From Octopus sinensis (lineage: Eukaryota): a stretch of DNA of 64,000 nucleotides. The notes under the pieces were generated by a model that was given only the letters and a program-made list of their open reading frames with translations, was not told where the DNA came from and searched no databases. Where the stretch lies: positions 11,966,001 through 12,030,000 of the forward strand of contig NC_042999.1 in the NCBI RefSeq assembly GCF_006345805.1, read 5' to 3'. Positions 1-14,110 of the stretch are shown here, one piece after another; position 1 is the first letter of the stretch, and the number at the start of each line of letters is the position of its first letter. The translations under genes and the position numbers were made by a program.

Positions 1-249
1 TTGGTAATAATATTGACGACTCTTCCGACATGTTGGCCGGATGCGCAGAGTGTCATTTGTGCTGGAGGTTTATATAGTCCTGGTTCACTCGATCTTGGTA
101 AAAAGAAGCAGAACGAAATATTGTGAAAAGTTATAGCATTTCCCCAGTCACACCGAGCATCTACTCCAAAAATGTAGCTCAGAAACCAGATACTTGTCAA
201 CTCGACCAATTATGCTTGGTTAACTCAGCCGAGGTCAACCCAGTTCTAT

Positions 250-650
250 CTCACTTCTACCGACACTTGCTCATTCCTCAGGTTGACCCTCCAGTTCGTG
301 GCCAAAACTTGGTTTTTCGATGTCAGTATAATGCCCTCGGTCTCTTTTTTTAGTGTTCCTATTGTCAGCCGGTCCTACCTATTTTTTCCAGCAACTTCTG
401 TTTTGGCTACATGTAATTCATTGAGTAGTCCATTGTTGCGTAATTCTTCTTCGTTTCCTTTTTGTACTTCTTACGTTGTTTTCCCTTTTTTCTCTGCTCT
501 CAATGCTCCCTCGTTCATAACTATCGATAGCAAGGTTTCCTTACTTTGGGCTAGGTATCTCATTAAGCATTTGAGTTCGATACGCACGCTGTCTTCCACA
601 CTTACCAGTCCCCTTCCATTTGCTCTCTTCATGTATAGACGATTAATGTC
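250..650 (-). mobile_element. R4/Dong-like non-LTR retrotransposon fragment (post-RT region)
   Basis: The minus strand reads SDINRLYMKRANGRGLVSVED...GTLKKETEGIILTSKNQVLATN. This matches the R4/Dong motifs RLYxxRxxGGRGL and LKxETEGxIxAAQDQ. Confidence 0.8.
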
Positions 651-727
651 AGATTATTATTGCTATTGGTATTACTATTATTCCTTCGTAACACAATGTA
701 AGTAAAAATGAACCGGAGTCTTTAGTC

Positions 728-728
728 A

Positions 729-765
<37 letters not shown>

Positions 766-788
766 GTTATTATTATTATTATTATTAC

Positions 789-851
<63 letters not shown>
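728..851. repeat. (TTA)n/(TAA)n microsatellite at the 3' end of the Dong-like element
   Basis: Near-pure trinucleotide run read directly. Confidence 0.98.
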
Positions 852-852
<1 letters not shown>

Positions 853-2170
853 CACTTAACAGATTAGACTGTTGGAGAAGAAAATAATTCTAACATCGGG
901 CTACAACAAGTTACCTTAGATACTAAGAACCCTCCTAAGTATCCTAACTGTCCCTAATAACACTGTTTTCTGCAGCTGTACTAAATTGGGTTTTATGCCT
1001 ATTTCCTCTATCCATCTGTTCAGATCTTTAGGGATAGTTCCCAATGCATCTATAGCTATTGGGATACATTTTACCCGCACTTTCCATAGTTTCTGTAATT
1101 CAATAGCTAGGACCTGGTACTTTGCAATCTTTTCTATACTTCTCATATAGATCTACTTCCCATTTCTTCATGCTAAAGTTAATTAATTCTCTTAGGTTAT
1201 CTGCTATACTGAATATACTCAAACATTCACTTATCCATGAGTGTGGGATCATGTCATAGGCTTTCCTTTAATTTATCCATGTTATTTAAAAATTTTTCTT
1301 TCTAGCTTTTACTTCATTTAGAACTGCTTTGTCTATATATAATAAATATGTCATGTGTTCCTCTAGCCTTCCTACAACCGTTCTGTTCTTCTGGTTGTTA
1401 AGGTGCTCGTAAATACTTTCTGAAGGCATTCCTGTTAACAGCTTCTACACTAATGGTAAGCAAGTGATTGGTCTATAGTCGCTAGCTGTATTACCCTTTC
1501 TCTTATCTTTCATATTGTCCTCCCTCTAGTCATCCAATATTATTCCTTCATTAAGACAATCCTGAAGTTGTTCCCTCAGCCTCCCAAGTAAACTACTGAG
1601 TTTCTTTAGTCAGTACCCTTGAACTAAATCTGGTCTTGGGCTTTTCCAATTCAGCATTTACTCATTACTGCTCTAGTTAATCTTAGATCTGGCTGCTTCT
1701 CACTCACAACTTCTTCCCTTACTTTCTTTAACCATACTGCATCTCTATTATGATTTGCTGGTTTATCCCAAATACTACTCCAGAACTTTCTAGCTTCTTC
1801 TGCATTAGGTTTCTAATCTTCAGTACTTTGTTCTCCATTATTTATTTGGTTATAAAATCTCCTGTGGTCTGTCTCAAATAATCTGTTCTGTTGATACTGA
1901 TCTATTCTTTCTATTCTTTTCTGATATCTGGGTAGCTTACCTGCTCCTGCTATCATACGCTGTTTCAACTCTTCTTTTACTGTCCCAAATTCTTTCTCTT
2001 TGACTAAGTATCTTTTCTCGAGGGAAGATTTGCATCTTGTGCTTCCTAACTTGTTTTCCAGGCTTCTATTCTACTCAGATCTTTATTTTGTAGTCTCCTT
2101 TTCCGCATTTGCTCTTTGTTAATCTTTCCTTGTGAGATTCCCTATGAAATGTCTAATCTTCTGGTGACTG
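853..2170 (-). mobile_element. R4/Dong-like non-LTR retrotransposon, decayed, with a large internal deletion near 1145
   Basis: The minus strand gives NRLFETDHRRFY, EARKFWSSIW, DYRPITCLP and KAYDMIPHSWI (N-terminal and RT regions). These are fused to the REL endonuclease end EKIAKYQVLAIELQKLWKV..IPIAIDALG..LQKTVLLGTVRILRRVL*. A short 3'UTR runs into (TAA)n. Confidence 0.9.
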
Positions 2171-2180
2171 CTACCCCTCC

Positions 2181-2284
2181 TTGTTGTTGTTGTTGTTGTT
2201 GTTGTTCTTGTTCTTGTTCTTCTTGTTCTTGTTGTTGTTGTTCTTCTTCTTCTTCTTCTTATCCTTCTTCTTCTTCTTCTTCTT
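2181..2284. repeat. (TTG)n-(TTC)n compound microsatellite
   Basis: Read directly. Confidence 0.97.
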
Positions 2285-2715
2285 GAGTGAGAGAGCAGCG
2301 CATACTATTAAAGGGACACTGGAGTAAAATATACGAACCCCAGTATACCCATCATGGCTACCCGTCTGATAAGGGTGCATCACAACCATATGTGCATGAC
2401 ACAGTGATCCCATATCAAGATAAACAGCGCATGACTTTGCAGGTGGGTCCCAGTTAGAATTTTCTGCATGTCAAGTAGCCCATACCCCACAAAGGGTTCC
2501 TGAATAATGGTTGTTTAAGGATGTTGAATGAAACGTCCATGTTTCCAGAGGTGAATTATTCAAATTCCAAAGAATTCCTCTCAACACATGATTATGATGC
2601 TCCACCACAGAGATGCACATATCCTCAGTCACTAAGGGATATGCTCAACTGGTTATGGTCAAGCAAATGTACTGTCTTGGTGTCCGTATCTCTTGCAAAC
2701 TGACCGTACATATTC
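2285..2715 (-). mobile_element. Interspersed non-coding repeat ending in an (AAG)n/(AAC)n tail (SINE or LINE 3'UTR, class unclear)
   Basis: Recalled as a common octopus repeat (gagtgagagagcag...gataaacagcgcatgac). It abuts the microsatellite like a retroposon tail and has no ORF. Confidence 0.45.
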
Positions 2716-2786
2716 TTCTCCTTCCATGCTGTTTCTTTTTTTGTTTTCTTTTCCTCTTTAAGTTTTCTTTCTTTACACAAGTATCA

Positions 2787-2832
<46 letters not shown>

Positions 2833-2836
2833 GTAT

Positions 2837-2892
<56 letters not shown>

Positions 2893-2910
2893 ATAGTAGT
2901 AGTAGTAGTA
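2787..2910. repeat. (ATT)n-(AGT)n compound microsatellite
   Basis: Read directly. It forms the tail of the adjacent Dong-like 3' end. Confidence 0.97.
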
Positions 2911-3490
2911 TTTTATTGCCTTTGCACAGCTTCTAACGCTGGAGATGTACTACGGTACCAGTTGTTCATTACCAGTGAACTAAGGTAACACCCCTTATTT
3001 TTCGAGCACCATCCGGAGTATTTGAGCGGTTCCAAGTAGTGCTGTTTTCTGCAAGTGTTCCACCCTTATTAGAAGCAATTGTTGGTTCACAAAAGTAGAT
3101 TTTTACTCACTGTTCCCAGAGCTCCGACAATTATTGGAACTACTACCACCTTTTTTATCGTCCATATTATTCAAATTCTACTGTGGTCGACTGTGCCATC
3201 GTAGTCTTCCAAAATCTCTTCCTCTCTCTCCGGCTAAGTCCTGATATTTCTCAATTTTCTCAAGACCATTTTACACAGTTTGTTTGGTTTTTCTCCTTCT
3301 ATAATCATATCTGGCCCATAAAATTCCATAATTATTATTCGTTATCACAGCCTAATTGTTTGTGTTCAAACCACTTTTCTGCTACTTTGGAATTTGCACA
3401 CGCGGTTAACATCCCTGTGCACTCTTTTACTTACACAGTCATACCTGCGCTTATACTCTTTTTGTGCCAGTTTTCTGCATTCACTCAATT
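2911..3490 (-). mobile_element. R4/Dong-like 3' fragment (zinc-knuckle end, REL endonuclease, 3'UTR), second subfamily
   Basis: With frameshifts, the minus strand gives ECRKLAQKEYKRR, ILW, EKIEKYQDL-like, VVVPIIVGALGTVSK and LQKTALLGTAQILRMVL-like segments, followed by a (TAC/TAA)n tail. Confidence 0.8.
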
Positions 3491-3499
3491 ATTATTGGA

Positions 3500-3770
3500 T
3501 GATGGCTTGGTAGAACCCTTAGAGCGTCGGGCAAAATATATTGCGGTACTTAGTTACAGCTCTTTACGTTGTTAGTTCAAATAATGTCCAAGTCAACTTC
3601 ACATCTCATTTTTCTGGGGTCAATCAATAAAATATCAGTCTCGTATTGGTGTCGGTTCTTTTAAGAGTGAAGAATTGGCATGATCATTAGGGGTTAGCGA
3701 AAAATACCTTGGATTATTCCTTCCGTCTCTTTGTTTCTCGAGTTCAAATCTCACCGAGGCCAAATATACC
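3500..3770 (+). mobile_element. tRNA-derived SINE family A, diverged copies
   Basis: Head ggcttggtagaacc...gttcaaat (A-box and B-box like) and body homologous to the 8175-8405 copy. Confidence 0.65.
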
Positions 3771-4289
3771 TTTCATTCTTCTAAGATCGATAAAAGCATA
3801 TCAGCCGTGTACTGTGGCCGATATAATCGAATGTTTCTTTGCCTTGAGTCACTCTTAGAAATCACTATTATATACAGCTGGTACTGTATAAATGCATTTG
3901 CCATCAAGACTCTAAGAACATTCGAGGAATGCAGAGGGAGGAGAGGGAGGATGAGACAAGGAAGCAAAATTGAAAATGACGTCACATATCACTGACTCAA
4001 AATGGCGATGATCTTCTAAACTCAATCCTTGTTACCTGAGACGAATTTTCCTTCATCTTTATTTTTTAGTCTATGTTTATATTTATTTGTTCCTATTTTT
4101 CTTGACTTGTTTTCGTTTTCTCTCGTTTCTTTCCTCTTATTAAATGTTTTTTTTCTTCTTATTCTTAATGTCGTCGTTGATGTTGTTGATGTTCTTGTCT
4201 TTCACACCTTTTCTTCCGACGTTTTTATTTTCAGACAATTACACGTACACACTATTTAAACACAGATCGATTGATACGAAAGAGAATGC

Positions 4290-4361
4290 TAGATAGATAG
4301 ATAGACAGATAGATAGATAGATAGATAGATATAGATAGATAGATAACTGAAGCGAGCGAGC

Positions 4362-4417
<56 letters not shown>

Positions 4418-4420
4418 TTG
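4290..4420. repeat. (GATA)n-(GA)n microsatellites
   Basis: Read directly. Confidence 0.95.
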
Positions 4421-6713
4421 GTATATTTATATTCCATAATGAAGGTGATATTTACGTCAATCGAGCGCAAATAGCAGCGTCTTTTCCTTTGGAGCCTATT
4501 TTTCGGTCGTGTGTACCTCTTTTGTTTGAAACCTATTTGTAGTATGCATAAAGATTAAGCTAATCCTTCCATTTGTGTGTTTTTATAAAGATAAATGATT
4601 GATTCGTGTTAGATGTCGTTGTTGTTGCTTTTTGTTTGTTCTCTTGCTTCGATCGAGATGAATGTTCGTGAGAAATGTTATCTGAAATCAAAGCAGCTCA
4701 GGGTGTTAAAACATCCCGTCCCTTTCTTTCCCACCCAATCGCCAGCACCGACAACGACACGGACGACGACGACGACGACGACGGCGACGACAACAAGAAA
4801 AAAAGAGGAAACCGAACGGAAAGTCTTTGATAAAGTGTATGTAATATAATTCACTTCTTGAAAGAAGTAAAGGGAAGAGGAGGATTAAGAGAGGGGGAGG
4901 AGGAGGAGGAGGAAGTGGAGGATTAAGAGAGGAGGAGGGAGAATAGAAGAGAACGGGAAAAGGAGTAGGCGGAGAGGGAAGGAGGAGAAGACCCGGAGGA
5001 CTTTTAAAAAAATGCAGTTTATTTCGAGAGGTTTATTATTTATCTCTGAGACTATAAGAAGTAATAATCAGGAGACCAATTATTCACGCAAATATTAATT
5101 AGACACAGGTCTAAATCATTAAGTATTGATGACCATTTCATATATTAGATTCTTTTTATTTTGCGTTATCCTTTTCGATTTTAGCGAGGTCTGCTTTAGA
5201 GAGAGAAAAAGGAAGTTTGTGTGTGCGTGTGTGTGGTGTGTGTGTGTGTTGTGTGTGTGTGTGGTGTGTGTGTGTGTGTGTGTGTGGTGTGTGTGTGCGT
5301 GTTGACTAAATGATAGTTGAAATCCAGAGGGTTACAGCTTGACAATCCAGATGTGACAAATCATAAAGTTCTTCAACCAACGTGTATCATCAATGTCCAT
5401 CTGTCGCCTGCTTCCTATGGTCGGGGGAGAGTTTTCGGCGACATTGTAACACCAAACCTTTTACAAATGGGATATAAATCAGAAATGGATTGAACTAACC
5501 TCACGTGCATTATTTTCTCCGATTCTGGAAAGACGAAAGCGAAAATTACTGTCAGAACATTAAAGGAGCGTAACACAAGAATAGGAAAAGGCGTTTTCGA
5601 TGTTTCAACGATTCTACCACTCCGCCGCCTCTTTGTATATTCTCTTTCAATTTCTGAATTTCGTTTTCTCCTCTCATTCTCTCATTGTTTAACTACCAGT
5701 TTATTAGGTCCAGGTCATCTCTCACCTTGTGATCAAAAACAATCCAGTAGTGACCACTCTGCCTTTTCTGTATCTAAGAAGATTTCATTAGTTGGATATG
5801 ACATCATGGAAGAAAACAGAAATAAATAAGGGTTGAGAAATGCTGATTTTGAATAGCTACTTTGATAATATGAGTTATTGATCCCTTACAGAGAGAGAGA
5901 GAGGGGGAAGGGGAGAGAATATATATATATATATATATATATATGCATGTGTGTGTGTGTGTACAACAAGCAAAGAAGCTAGTTATTAAGTCTCTGTGAG
6001 AGATGAACGCATATTTGTCGATACTTCGGGGATTTGCCAAAAGTTAGACATGATTTAGTTCTAGGACCGTAGCCACTGACTGGAAGAATAAAGAAAGTGA
6101 TGTGGTTCCAACTAAATATCGAAAACGGGTCGCAAATTTAGCTCACCAGGTGTTTACCGTAACGGCTGCAGTGTTGTCTTTGATAACACCCAAATCATTT
6201 TAATATCTTTTCAAATTAAACCGTAAAAAGTTGTAAAACTAAGATGGAAAGAAGAAGCAAGAGGAGGAGGAGGAAGAGTGTGCGTGGTGGGGGAGATTTA
6301 TATATAAAAGCCGTGTAAATATCTAAAAGTTCTGTGCAATGAATTCATTAATTGAAAAGTTACTATGACAACATGTTATTTATTGGTCGATGTGTTGCCT
6401 AGCAACAGAATCGACTAGATATTCGTCTTGACCCAACTTCTTTTAATTAATATGAAATTCTATATTCCCTCATCACAATGAACTTTAACAATCACTGTAA
6501 CCAAATATTACAAGTTTGGAATTGTTTGTTACTATTATGTAAATATGACAAGAAAGAGAAGCTCATTAATACGTTTTGGAGGATAAGTCCACCTTGTTCT
6601 GACTTTTCTGTGAGTTCTTTTATAAAATCTGATAAGTTTCTCTCCTTCTAAAGTTACTCTACAAATATCAACCACATTGCTTCCATTATATTTGTGAGTG
6701 CACTGCAGCATTA

Positions 6714-6763
<50 letters not shown>

Positions 6764-6765
6764 TC

Positions 6766-6811
<46 letters not shown>

Positions 6812-6914
6812 TATTTGGTTTTTAAATCAATGCCTAATAAATATGAACCGTATCTGTTTTGAGTAGGAAAAAGTCATTATTAACAGATGAGTCTGGAATG
6901 TTTGGCGTAATCTG

Positions 6915-7080
6915 GTTATCTTATAAGATGCACTTCTTTTTTAAAAAGCTTTAAAAATGTGAAGTTGTGGCCTACATTGCGTACTTTAATGTACTAAAAA
7001 TTGGGAAAAAACTGAAAATGCGCTGCTGAAATTGGGATGTGTCTAATACGCTCGTGCATCTTTTAGGCCATCAAATACGG
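6915..7080. mobile_element. Possible pogo/Tigger-like MITE remnant
   Basis: Partial inverted ends cttataagatgcac ... gtgcatcttttaggccatcaaatacgg resemble CCGTATTT..TATAAGACGCAC termini. The left end is degraded. Confidence 0.35.
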
Positions 7081-8099
7081 GTATTCTTCACTTTTCTGAA
7101 TTGAAAACCTGCCGTGTCCATCTTTGTTTTAAATCCTTCTAGGATACATAACATGAATATCAGTAATATACTAAGGTTGATTTAATATGAAAATTAGCCG
7201 GGGGGGGGCGAGTCATGCTTTATTTAAAACACTGTTGAGCAGGACAGCAACAATTACCACAACAATGATTATGCTTATTATATCACGTGGTTGACGTTTA
7301 CGCATTTGCTTTTACAGGCGAAGCATATGAAATTGAATTTGTTGATTATAGAAAGTAATTGATTTGCTAAGTTTTGGCATTTACACCATTTTTAAAGAAT
7401 CTCCTAAGAAGAATAAGAACATAAGTGAAGTGGTGTGACTCCCACCGGGGATAGAAACTCAAGATTTTACAATTGGAGTTGGCCGTCCTCCAACACCAAA
7501 ACATAATTTCTATTGCCGAAACATAAGATAATTTTTATCAGCAAGAGAGATATATTATCAATTGAATTGATTCCGACAGGTTACTAAAACATATTGATTG
7601 GTATATCGATTAACAATATAACCTACAGGACTTCGGACGTCTTGTCATAACAAAAATAATTTTTTGGCAAGTATAAGCTCGGGGAAAGGAGATACAGGTG
7701 TTGTAAGTGAACCCACTAAAATTTGGCGGGGGGGGGGCAATGAAACCACATTGAAAATCCCCCTAAAAAATTTCATCGTCAAAACATAGGAGCGTAGAAA
7801 TATTTTGGATTGATTTCAAGCATTACTTTTCCATTATTGGATTTATCTGATTTCATCGATGTACAAATATAATAGTCATGATAATTATTAAATCTGTGTT
7901 TGTTTTGATATTAAGATTGAAAAAATCGACCTTTGTAAAAAAAATTAAAATTGGACCTGGGTCTGCACCTTTTAGGCAAAGTTCGTTCCCATACTTATGC
8001 AAACAAGATCATTTTCGTTTGCAGAAAATATACAGGATGCAACAAAAAGAAAAAGCCTCCCATATTTTGAACGTTCATTGACATGGCGCTAGTAAAGTT

Positions 8100-8405
8100 T
8101 GGCAGATGTTAGTGGTGTCTTCGTGTAGTAGCCCCGAACTTGCAGACTTTGTGCCAAAATTTGAAACCGATACATAAAGGCGGCGAGCTGGCAGAATCGT
8201 TAGCACGATGGACAAAATGATGCTCAGCAGCATTTCGTCTGTCTTTATGTTCTGAGTTCAAATTCTGCCGTGGTCGTCTTTCCTTTCATCTATTTGGATG
8301 GAAGTGGGGTATTAATAAAATAAGTACCAGTTGAGCACTGGGGTCGATGTAATTGACTTAACCCCACCCTCGAAATTGCTGGCCTTGTGCCAAAATTTGA
8401 AACCA
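8100..8405 (+). mobile_element. tRNA-derived SINE family A (full copy 8175-8405 plus an upstream tail remnant)
   Basis: ggcggcgagctggcagaatcgttag (A-box), gagttcaaatt (B-box) and tail gccttgtgccaaaatttgaaacc. Homologous copies occur at 3500, 20129, 21220, 35280, 40900, 44380, 48150 and 62940. Confidence 0.85.
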
Positions 8406-9691
8406 TTTTATGTTATTGCTACATACATATCGATATATTGATTACGGAATGATTAAAAATAAAACTGAGAGCAGCATTTGAACTCGAAGCAGGGAGGTAT
8501 CGAAATGGGGAACCGATGAAAACTATTTAGCATTCTGAACATTGGGCTTTCGTGCAAATCTCATAAACTAATCACGATGACAGAACTGAAGTCTTGTACT
8601 AAGAACAAAAGCAAGTGACTATATATCTCGGTATCATAACTATTTCTAGAGTCCCAAGCTATTGGTACAAGCAAAATTACCTATGGATTAATTAGTCCTG
8701 AACTCAATTAAAGCCAAAATACTAGAGAAATTACAGAAAGCTGTTTATTACAGACCATGAAAAAAGCTTAACGTTTTTCTCAGCGTTCAGACAACGAAAC
8801 GAGTAGAAAGTTGGAAAAAGATTTCTAAACGAGAAAAGAAGCAATAAAATGAAGTAGAAATAAAGTAGACAACGAAGTAAGCTGTGATCTGTTTATGATT
8901 GTTTGTTAAGTAAATTCTAGAATGGTTTCAGTGTACTTGACTAGACAGGTGCAATGTAGAAACAGCCAACTATGACCATAATTAGCGGTAGTACCATAAA
9001 ATGTTGAGGTACATTTCTTTAGCTGATAGGACTAAGTTCAACTCTTGCAATTAGCAGAGAGATGGATGAGGTTCACTGGGAACAGTTGTTCCAGTTCCAC
9101 GGCACCAGACGGAAGAATTCAGTGTTGTATCTACAACATTTAATGTTAATGGTAGTTCCACACACACACGTACATACACATATATACATGCACACACACA
9201 CACACACATCTAGGCACACATTGTATATATTTTCTATTTTTATCGGCAAAAGTTTCAAGTATATATACACAAGTTCTAAGTTCTATTTTTCCTGTTTGCA
9301 TTAGCTAACAGACATATACCACACACACACACACACACAGTGTAGCGATAAGCCATTTAGACAGATCAATATACAAAGTATATTAAATACGTGAAATACA
9401 AAAAAATAGAAGATATATATGTTTAAATACAAAAACCGTCCGACTAACACAGAACACAAATAATGTAGACGATTAAAGGGATTGGAGAAAAGTATTACAG
9501 ATTCAACAGCTGTTTCTGGGGGCTCAGGGGTCCACAATAATGTTTGTAGATTGATTCCATCATAGGATGAGATGAGCCTCCATCTTAAGGGAAGAGATCT
9601 TACATTTGAGGTGTTAAAAGAAAGAAGTTCAAGGATGGAAAATCAGATATTCTCTATACGGAGAATATCTGATTCTCATCTCTGAATTATA

Positions 9692-9738
<47 letters not shown>

Positions 9739-9814
9739 ATGTATGTATGTATGTATGTATGTATGTATGTACATATATCCATCCATTCATCCATACATGC
9801 ATACAATCATATAA

Positions 9815-10120
9815 CTTTCATCTTTTACTTGTTTCAGTCTCGAGATTGCAGCCATGCTGGAGCACCGTCTTGAAGGGTTTAGTTGAACAAATCGCCCCAA
9901 GGACCTATTTTCTTAAAGTTTAGCATCCGTTCTATCGGACTCTTTGTCCGAATCACTAAGTTACGGAGACGTAAACAAACCAGCACCGGTTTGTTCCCTA
10001 CCGGTGAGGAACAAACGCAAACATAAAGAAATGCATTCGTGTACGACGGGCTTCCACATAGTTTCCATGGGCTTCCACATAGTTTCCATGGGCTTCCACA
10101 TAGTTTCCATCTACTAAATT
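9815..10120 (-). mobile_element. SINE family B copy, containing three tandem 21-bp units at 10048-10110
   Basis: Reverse complement of the family B tail (ctccagcatggctgca...ctgaaacaagtaaaag). GGGCTTCCACATAGTTTCCAT occurs three times. Confidence 0.8.
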
Positions 10121-11089
10121 TATGTTGTATGTATGTATGTATGTATGTATGCTAATTTAGAGTTAATTTTGACTGACCACGTGCTTCGTAGTATGACCGT
10201 GAAAGTAATCATTTTGCTTTGTTCATCATTCAAATCTGGATCGACAGACACGATCTTTCGATTGGTCTCCCTCGGTGAACAAATACCCCTGACAATCTGA
10301 TTTAAACCGAAAAAGCTTGTTTAATACAGAAATCGGTATGCAAAACAGATTTGTGCGTGAGTCATCCATTTTAGGTAAATTGAAACAGCCTTAGAATAAA
10401 ATACCGATTTATAATGTGTATATAAACGTGAAACAGCACCAGCTGTATTTTATTGCAGAGAAATTACTCCAAGAGACGAGTGTTCAAACGGCATGGGCAA
10501 AATAGGAGTGGTCGAGTGGGAGAGGTTACTTGTATTAAAAATGTTGTAGTATCCATGTTGTGAATGGAAGTATTTCCTTAGTTAAATGGAGAAATTACAC
10601 ACTATTCAGGTTACAACAGTCAATTCAAACAGATGATTATATCAGTTAGTATTCATTTTTCGGTTATTGTTGATTACGGTTCTTGTAATTACCTTCAATA
10701 TATGTAATGTTCTGTTTGAAACCATCTATGGCATTCAATTTGTGACATAGTTATCATATTTATTCTGATTTAATAGCATTGAGATCATCTTTATTCTCAA
10801 CTTCTGTGTTTCTCTGTTGTAACAAGCAAGTAATTTAGTTATTTATGTATCTACCTTTATGTATAATTTTGAGACTAAAACTTCACAAGATACCACAACT
10901 GGTTTTGCCAAGTTCAAAAATAAAACCTTCAAAGTCTATTTCTTGTACTGGGTGCATTTTAGAAAAATATCTTGAAAGCACAAACATTAATCAAAGAGAG
11001 AGAGAGGAGGGGTAGAGAGAAAGAGATACACATATGGGTATCAATTTATTATATGGGCATTAAGTTATACTATACCTATAAAAGTAGTG

Positions 11090-11218
11090 CTTATATCTTT
11101 ATATTATATATATTACGTATAGATATAGATATAAATATGTGTATGTATATATATGTGTGTGTATATGTATGTATATATATATAAACATACTTCACACACA
11201 TACACACGCACACACATG

Positions 11219-11249
<31 letters not shown>

Positions 11250-11402
11250 ATATATACACACATACATACATGCACACACATACATACATATATACATACA
11301 TACACACATACATACATACATACGTGCGTACATACATACATACATACATACATACATACGTACATACATACATACATACATACATACATACATACATACA
11401 TA
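11090..11402. repeat. (TA)/(CA)/(CATA)n compound microsatellite
   Basis: Read directly. It explains the overlapping MYVC/IHTY ORFs. Confidence 0.97.
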
Positions 11403-11895
11403 ATATTTGTAGCTCGGATATGAGAGAAATTTTATAGCTATAAGGAACATACGATATTTTTATTTTGTAACAAAAGAAACAATGAACCTTTCGTTTTAGG
11501 CCCAAAATATAAAGCTGACATTTTATCTTGACGATACATTATCACAAGATGGTAGATATTACTTTAGGTCGTTCGTGAAATACGGCAGAAACATAAGTTA
11601 TAAAATACAAAGAAGATGCACATAATAAAATAACTGGTGCGTTTCTATGTAAATATAGACTGAAAAAAGAAGTCGACCCACTTGTTAAGACGAGCGATAT
11701 GGAGAGAAATGAGAGCAATTGTTATTCTACTTATTAAACAAGCATCTAACTAAAAGGCTTTTGTAAGGTTTAGCCCACCCAGGTAGATGCAAATCGCTGG
11801 CTTGTTTCGGTCTCCTTATTTTAAGCCCGGTCTGGAGCAAAACAGATTGTTACATTTGTCGCATGCAATTGTCTGTTTGTTTTTAAATAATGTTT

Positions 11896-12345
<450 letters not shown>

Positions 12346-12814
12346 AAAATTAGTCTATTATAATAAAGGTGGTGGTGGTGCTGGTGGTGGTGGTGCTGGT
12401 GGTGCTGGTGGCGGCGGCGGTGGTGGTGGTGGTGAATCTTCGTCGTCTGACGACGAGGATTCAGTTGTTCGAATTTAGGTACGAGTACACGTTTCAGTAG
12501 TAAAAATTTATTATTCTTAACACAGTGCGTTGTTTAAATTAGTACGCATTAACATGCGAGATTGTATAAGATTATAAGATTATATATGTTCACCTAACAC
12601 TTCGTCAAGTGATATTCCATTGGAGGTTTATTAGACAATATGCACCGATGGGATCGTGATCCGAGTGGGTTATTAATCTAAGTTTTTCAAGTTTTCTATT
12701 AAGTTTGCTTGTCTGTCTGGTTGTCTGTCTACCTATCTCTCTGTCTCCCTCTCTCTGTATATATATAGAGAGAGAGGAGGGGGCGGAGAGTTAAATAAAA
12801 TTTGGGTAATATAT

Positions 12815-13325
12815 ATATACAACTTAGATATGTTTCGACCAAAGATTGGTCCAGGCCATGTCTAACTTAATAGCACCACCTGATAGGATTATTCGAATCC
12901 TGTTTAAGTCAATTTTTGCTTATGGTTCATTCAAGTAGTGAGTTTTTGTTGAGTGAGTTGTGTCCAGGTATTGGTGGCTTATCTGGTATTCTTTGAAGGA
13001 ATCTGTCCACACTCCGTTTAAAGGTAATGGGATCCTTTTCCTCTTTGATCAGTTTTGGGACAATGTTAAATAGGGCAAGGCCTGTTGAGAAAAAGAAATT
13101 ATGTCGCAGTGTACCTATATGTTGTGATCCTGAACTGGGCAGGAGACGTATGGCCCGTGGTCCCAGTCTTGGATGAACCTTGAAACTAATGTTCAGGTCG
13201 TTTGGGCGAAGTTGGCGGTATATTCTCCACATCGTACAAATGATGTACCGCTCACGGCGACGCTGGAGAGAGTAGAGTTTCAAGGCGTTAAGGCGATCCC
13301 AATAATCGAGAGCAGCCATGCCTTC
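12815..13325 (-). mobile_element. CR1-group LINE 3' fragment (ORF2 C-terminus and 3'UTR)
   Basis: [22 protein letters not shown]...LFNIVPK...[16 protein letters not shown]...NSLLE* is typical of CR1/L2-group C-termini. Confidence 0.85.
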
Positions 13326-13329
13326 AATA

Positions 13330-13508
13330 TATATATATGTGACCTCGTGTGTACCGTTGGCGATTTTTTTTCCTCCGTCTTTCCTTCTCCTATGTTTCTG
13401 ACGAACGTAAAACCTTCCTTCTTTCCTTCCTTCCTGAGCGTCCAATAATACTATATTTGTTCTACGTCCTCGCGTTGAGTTTTCTCTTTGTGTTTTCATG
13501 TTTGGATT
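13330..13508 (+). mobile_element. Probable PLE terminal-repeat remnant with a collapsed hammerhead core (13394-13413)
   Basis: gttt-CTGACGA-ACGTA-aaac. The helix I arms and core ends are present, but helix II and GA are missing. Confidence 0.4.
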
Positions 13509-13513
13509 AACTT

Positions 13514-13805
<292 letters not shown>

Positions 13806-13819
13806 AACTCCTTCTTCCA

Positions 13820-14110
13820 GCCTCTTCTATTGCATCAGATGCAATCTCTGCAACAAACTCAACGTTGGTCAGACGGTCGCCGGCAAGCCGACCGTTTCAC
13901 CGAGCATCTACGAGATGCGGCTGCGTACGAACACCCCCAACACTCGTCATTTTCGTTTGGCCAATCACTCCACCTTAAATATCTCCGTCTTCGGCCTCGC
14001 CCTACACCACGGATCCACCAATATGCGACTCCGCCTGGAACAACATTACATTTTCACCCTATAAACACAAACTCCTTTCGGACTCAGCACAACCCCCTCC
14101 TCTCAATGAC
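13820..14110 (+). mobile_element. Penelope-like element, GIY-YIG endonuclease fragment (frameshifted)
   Basis: [15 protein letters not shown] / [13 protein letters not shown] / [30 protein letters not shown]. Confidence 0.85.

Noticed and set aside
9060-9540. Short non-repetitive stretches at 9060-9130 and 9460-9535 (also 5300-5480, 10240-10380 and 10460-10560) as exons
   Set aside because: I found no consistent acceptor/donor pair with an open frame and no recognisable protein motif.
10048-10110. Regular 21-bp repeats (also 33237-33299) as CRISPR-like arrays
   Set aside because: They have no spacers and the context is eukaryotic; these are simple tandem repeats.
11091-11505. Long ORFs rich in YI/MYVC/HT (also at 13498-13978, 14345-15548, 16329-17175, 23316-23758, 31626-31940 and 61441-61896)
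   Set aside because: They are translations of (TA)n, (CA)n and (CATA)n microsatellites that lack stop codons, not genes.
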